The translations under genes were made by a program, and so were the position numbers. Positions 59,648-63,529 of a stretch of 63,529 nucleotides of DNA are shown piece by piece. Under the pieces are notes generated by a model, which saw nothing but the letters and a program-made list of their open reading frames with translations, was not told the DNA's origin and ran no database searches. Position 1 is the stretch's first letter. Every line of letters begins with the position of its first letter. Source of the stretch: Gemmatimonadales bacterium (GTDB taxonomy: Bacteria > Gemmatimonadota > Gemmatimonadetes > Gemmatimonadales > JACORV01); the NCBI GenBank assembly GCA_030697825.1, contig JAUYOW010000078.1, positions 1-63,529 on the forward strand. The letters run 5' to 3'.

Positions 59648-61401
59648 GCGTGGGCTCCCGCATCGCCCATCGGCAGCTCGACGAGGAACGACGCTCCCTC
59701 CGCGGCCGCAGCGTCTTCCAGGACGAGGCGGCCGCCGTGCTCCTCCACGGTCCGGAGCGCCAGGGGCAGGCCGAAGCCGCTGCCGTCGCGCTTGCTGCTG
59801 TAGAACGGCTCGAAGATCCGCTGGCGCAGCTCGGCGGGGATTCCCGGGCCGGTGTCGGCGATGCGCACGCGGAGCAGCGTCGGCGGCCCGCCATTGGCCT
59901 CGTCGGTCTCCGTGGCGACGCTCAACCGGCCGCCGCCCGGCATCGCGTGGGCCGCGTTCAGAAAAAGGTTAAGGAACAGCGCCTGGAGGTGCTCCGCATC
60001 ACCGAGCACAGCGTCGGTCGCGGCGCGGAAATCGGTCTCCATGGCTACCCCCTGCTGCTCCAGCTGCGGTCGCACCAGGGCCAGCGCCTCGGCGACCACA
60101 GCGTGCACGGAGCAGGCGGCCCGGTGCATCGGTCGCGTCCTGCCGAGGGCGAGCACGCCCCTGACCACGCGATCGAGCCGCTCGATCTCGCGGAGCGAGA
60201 TGCTGACCGGCAGCGCGGCGCCGGGCGGAAGCCTGCCAGCGGCGCCCTCCCGCTGCAGCTGCTGCAGGTTGAGCTTGATGGACGTGAGGGGATTGCGGAT
60301 CTCGTGGGAGAGCTGCGCGGCGAACGCGCCGACCGCGGCCATGTGCCGGCTCGCCGCGATCTCCCGCAGCATGCCGCGGATCCGGCCGACCATCAGGCCG
60401 AAGGCCGCGGACAGGCGTCCGACCTCGTCGCCGCCCGCCGGCGGCAGGCGCGGGGCGAAGTTCCCCGCGCCGACCTCGTCGGCTGCCGTCGTGAGTGCCT
60501 CCAGCGACCGGGTCGAGCGCCGCGTGAGCACCACGAACATCACCGCCGTCGTCGCGGTGACCAGCAGTACCAGCGCGAGATTGACCAGTCGCGTCCGGAG
60601 GAAGGGCGCGGCGAACTCGTCCACCGCACCGCTGGAAAGCACCGTCCAGGGTGGCGCCGCCAGACTCACGAACGCCGCCACGCGCGCCGTATCGTGCTCG
60701 CTGTATCTGAAGGACCCACGCGCGCGAGCGATCAGCGCCGTATCGACGCCCCAGCCGGCGGGGCCCAGCAGCGCCGGGATGCGCTGGCGGATCAGGCTGT
60801 GGCGAGGATGGTAGACGACCTCGCCGGTGCCGCGGTCGAGCACCATGGTGTAGCCCGCGCGCCCGAACCGGTTCTCGAGCACGGACGCCGGGATCAGGGC
60901 GTCCCGGCGCACCACGGCCACGAGGGTGCCGTACGCGGGCCTGCCGCCGGGGCCGACGATCGGCTTCGTAACCGTCAGCGCGCCTCGGGTCCCGCCGCCA
61001 GCCGCGTCGGCCAGCGGCTCGCCGAGGCGATAGAGGACGAACCCGCGGCCATCGCGGAACTCCACCCACTCGTAGGAGCGGGAGAATTGCTCCCACGCGC
61101 CCCGCAGGTAGGCGTCGGCCGCCGGAAGCGCCGCCGCCCACTGCGCGGCGTCGCCGCTCGCGCGGGCCCGATACAGCCGCTGCGTTTCGGCGTTCTCGGC
61201 GAGCAGCAGAAGGTCCGACTCGCGTTGAGCGTACCGGTCGCTCAGCTCGGAGCCGGCGCGCTCGGCGATCGTGCCGGTCTGGGCCGCGATGAGCGCTCGC
61301 AACGCGCGCATCGACTGCACGTAGCCCAGGACACCGATGCCGACGAGCGGCACGACGGCGAGCAGGAAGAACAGCGCGATCAACTTCGCACGCAGGGACA
61401 T
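59644..61401 (-). CDS. sensor histidine kinase (periplasmic Cache-like domain, HAMP, HisKA, HATPase)
   Basis: The H-box is FAAQLSHEIRNPLTSI. N/G boxes are LNAAHAM...DTGPGI...GSGFGL. It overlaps the regulator gene by 4 nt. Confidence 0.85.
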   Translation of the reverse strand: MSLRAKLIALFFLLAVVPLVGIGVLGYVQSMRALRALIAAQTGTIAERAGSELSDRYAQRESDLLLLAENAETQRLYRARASGDAAQWAAALPAADAYLRGAWEQFSRSYEWVEFRDGRGFVLYRLGEPLADAAGGGTRGALTVTKPIVGPGGRPAYGTLVAVVRRDALIPASVLENRFGRAGYTMVLDRGTGEVVYHPRHSLIRQRIPALLGPAGWGVDTALIARARGSFRYSEHDTARVAAFVSLAAPPWTVLSSGAVDEFAAPFLRTRLVNLALVLLVTATTAVMFVVLTRRSTRSLEALTTAADEVGAGNFAPRLPPAGGDEVGRLSAAFGLMVGRIRGMLREIAASRHMAAVGAFAAQLSHEIRNPLTSIKLNLQQLQREGAAGRLPPGAALPVSISLREIERLDRVVRGVLALGRTRPMHRAACSVHAVVAEALALVRPQLEQQGVAMETDFRAATDAVLGDAEHLQALFLNLFLNAAHAMPGGGRLSVATETDEANGGPPTLLRVRIADTGPGIPAELRQRIFEPFYSSKRDGSGFGLPLALRTVEEHGGRLVLEDAAAAEGASFLVELPMGDAGAHA

Positions 61402-62018
61402 GGCTGGCGCCCTCGGTGGCGTGCAAGCAAGCGGCGTGCCGAGTACCGCGCCCGTCCGTGACCCAGGCTGCCAAGAGGCGCGGCCCCATTTATCTTCGCG
61501 CTGCCGCGAGAGTCACGGCATCGAAACGTCACCACCCGTCTCACCGGTGTAACATCGCGATGCCACCTGCTCCGGCTGGCCGCGCGATGAGATGCAGGGT
61601 GCGATCGGATCAGGTTCGGGCCGTGGAGAAGATACGAGGCGATATAACGTGTCGGCAACGCGCCCATGGTGAAGCCGCAGTTCCCCGGCGGTCCCCCCCC
61701 CACGATGTTCACCTGAAGCCCAGCTCGAAACGCCGCGCTCCGTCGTGCCGCGTGCGCCCCCGCCGGTATCTTCCCGGCTCACTTTGACACCAAAGGACGC
61801 CTCGTGTCGGGAATCCGCATCGCCCCGCGCTCGTAGAAGACGAAGCGCACCTGCGCGGCGGCGCCGGTGGCGGCGAGGGAAGCTCCAGCGGCGAGCGCGA
61901 GAGCGATTCGTGAGCGGGTCATGCGGGATCCGGTTCGGGTCGGCGCCTAAGATAGGGAGCATTGCCGGCGCACGGAACCTCCGCGGAACTTCCGGCGGCC
62001 CGGGCGGGTTCTCTTGGT

Positions 62019-62681
62019 GTGCGCGTCCCGCTCCTTGCTTCGCTGCTCTTCGTCGCGGCCCACTCGGCCGCCGCCCAGGCTCCGGAAGGGCGCGCCGCCG
62101 TCCGCATCCACCTTGCCGCCGGCGCCGGCTCCTCCACGACGGTCGCGTCGGCCGCCGCCACGCGGGACCATGCACTCGGCTTCTTTCGCCGCGCCCGTCT
62201 TGGATACGGCGTGCGGGTCACGGTCATCGGTGGCGGTGACCAGGCGTTCGGCACCGCCGACCCCGACATCCCGCGGAGCCAGCGTGAGGCAGTCCTGGTC
62301 CGAAGCCCCCTGGCCGTAGCTGCGAACCTAGAGTTCTACAGCAGCCTGCGGTTGCTCGGGACGGTGGCGGTCGGCTTCGACATCGATGTGGTCGGGATCG
62401 GGGCGGGGCCGAAGCGACAGGCCGACCCGGCGTCGGGATCGGTGGCCGATTCCTCCGCCAGGGCGACCGGCTTCAACCTTCTCCGCGGCGGGAACGCCGA
62501 TCACGGTACGCTGAACTCCGAGTTCTTCTTGGCGGTGCGCGTGACTCCCCGAATGACCCTGCGCTCCGGGCTGATCCACGCCGTTTCCGAGTATTCGACC
62601 AGCGCTTCGCGCGCCTTGGGCAACGACCGCTTCCGGAAGTTCGTCACCGTTCCATTCGTGGCTGTGACCTTGGATCGCTGA
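62019..62681 (+). CDS. hypothetical secreted protein
   Basis: An internal GTG gives the signal peptide VRVPLLASLLFVAAHSAAAQ. Alternating beta-like segments are present. No family was recognised. Confidence 0.4.
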   Translation: MRVPLLASLLFVAAHSAAAQAPEGRAAVRIHLAAGAGSSTTVASAAATRDHALGFFRRARLGYGVRVTVIGGGDQAFGTADPDIPRSQREAVLVRSPLAVAANLEFYSSLRLLGTVAVGFDIDVVGIGAGPKRQADPASGSVADSSARATGFNLLRGGNADHGTLNSEFFLAVRVTPRMTLRSGLIHAVSEYSTSASRALGNDRFRKFVTVPFVAVTLDR

Positions 62682-62787
62682 ACGCCGCCCGCGCGACGTC
62701 CGCCGCAATGTGAAACACCGCTCCCCGTCGCGCCGCACGCGTTCGCGCCCTTATCTTCTCCGCTCACTTCTCGACCCAGGACTTTCC

Positions 62788-63529
62788 GTGCTCCCCATTC
62801 GACTCGTCGCGCTCTGCCTGTGCGTCCCCACGCTCGCCCGGGCCCAAGGCGCGCGTCCAGGCCGCGCCCCGGCGGCCCCACCCGCGATCCGCGCCGCCGA
62901 TCTCCGCACCCGGCTCTTCGCGCTCGCGGATGATTCCATGGGTGGCCGCGACACGGGCTCCCCGGGCAACATGAAGGCCACGGACTGGATCGCGTCGGAG
63001 TTCCGGCGCTTCGGCCTGGAGCCTGCGGGAGATGACGGCACCTTCTTTCAGACGTTGCCGGTCATTCGGATCGCCCCCGACCCGGCCTCGCGCCTCGAGG
63101 TGGATTCGACGCGGCTGGCGCTGGGCACCGACTTCCTGCCCGTCGGCCTGGCGGTAGTGCCACGGCCTATCGAAGGGGCACAAGTCGTCTACGGCGGATC
63201 GGCTAACAATCCGGCCACCTGGATCACCGTCCAGCAGGCCGCGGGCAAGCTGGTAGTGTTGATCATCGCGCCGGGTTCGAGCGGCAGGCGCGGGTACGTC
63301 CGTGCCCAGGGGCTCACCGCCAATCCGCGATTCAGCCAGGCGGCCGCCGTTGCGGTCGCGGGTCTTGACCTGCTTCCCCAGCAGTTCGTCGCACGGTTCC
63401 TGGCCGGTAACATCACTACCGACACAGCGCGAAACCCGGCCGCGCCTCCGGGCCTGCTCATCTCGCCGGCCGCGGCCGGGCAGCTCCTGGGGGGCGAACC
63501 CTACGGGCTCACCCCCCGCGCCGCCGGCC
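62788..63529 (+). CDS. M28-family peptidase-like protein, 3'-partial (not in the ORF track because it has no stop)
   Basis: The frame is open from GTG 62788 to the end of the window. The signal peptide is VLPIRLVALCLCVPTLARAQG. LFALADDSMGGRDTGSPGNMKATDWIASEFRRFGLEP resembles the N-terminal region of M28/PA-domain aminopeptidases. Confidence 0.55.
   Translation, partial: MLPIRLVALCLCVPTLARAQGARPGRAPAAPPAIRAADLRTRLFALADDSMGGRDTGSPGNMKATDWIASEFRRFGLEPAGDDGTFFQTLPVIRIAPDPASRLEVDSTRLALGTDFLPVGLAVVPRPIEGAQVVYGGSANNPATWITVQQAAGKLVVLIIAPGSSGRRGYVRAQGLTANPRFSQAAAVAVAGLDLLPQQFVARFLAGNITTDTARNPAAPPGLLISPAAAGQLLGGEPYGLTPRAAG

Noticed and set aside
61380-61921. A minus-strand ORF with a signal-peptide-like start (MTRSRIALALAAGASLAATGAAAQ...), interrupted by an in-frame TGA and continuing into ORF 61380-61712. 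This raised the possibility of a second recoding candidate.
   Set aside because: The sequence after the TGA is Arg/Ser/His-rich with no motifs. The TGA is not at a recognisable redox-active position and no nearby hairpin was noted. At most this is a short 47-aa secreted peptide or a decayed gene.
1-63529. CRISPR arrays, rRNA genes, complete tRNA genes, prophage structural genes, intact transposases and integrases.
   Set aside because: None were seen on reading both strands. The only regularly spaced repeats are the attC sites, which have variable spacing and contain ORFs, and the 18-mer tandem repeats at 55.75 kb.

Overview
This is a high-GC bacterial chromosomal window; I did not try to assign a taxon. 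It splits into two very different parts.

**Accessory region (about 2.0-14.1 kb).** This is an integron-type gene-cassette array.
- It has at least 14 attC-like recombination sites (RYYYAAC ... GTTRRRY). Several are near-identical copies.
- The sites separate short, same-strand cassettes: a vapBC-like TA pair, a higBA TA pair, a DUF6429-like protein, a DHFR-family protein, two GNATs, a MOSC protein, lipoprotein/membrane proteins, and ORF-less cassettes.
- No integrase gene is visible anywhere in the window, so the array looks CALIN-like.
- Three attC sites carry an almost identical 91-bp palindromic MITE-like insertion at exactly the same position, flanked by CGCT duplications.
- The array is interrupted at 6.2-8.7 kb by non-cassette DNA: a reverse-strand secreted HExxH protein, a tRNA-Phe 3' fragment, and a possible IS3 relic.

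**Core-like region (14-63.5 kb).** Gene content, in order:
- An orphan [NiFe]-hydrogenase maturation cluster: a NicO-like transporter, a truncated endopeptidase, a short HypA lacking its Zn module, and hypBFCDE.
- An M20 peptidase with asd and lysC, then msrA.
- A MacB-type ABC efflux system.
- A periplasmic redox cluster whose PrxQ/BCP-like peroxiredoxin has an in-frame TGA exactly at the catalytic Cys position, followed by a hairpin. This is a candidate selenoprotein. It sits next to TlpA-like and CcdA genes.
- An Omp85-like OMP, an asparaginase, and a two-domain PPK2 coupled to a large STK-AAA-TPR protein, plus a second Ser/Thr kinase.
- NAD salvage genes (pncB/pncA) and serine biosynthesis genes (a class V aminotransferase and serA).
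- An MCP, leuS, an ECF sigma/anti-sigma/PDZ trio, a TolB-like protein, and an NtrC-type two-component system.

**Limits.** All protein calls rest on motif-level recognition by eye, not on database searches.
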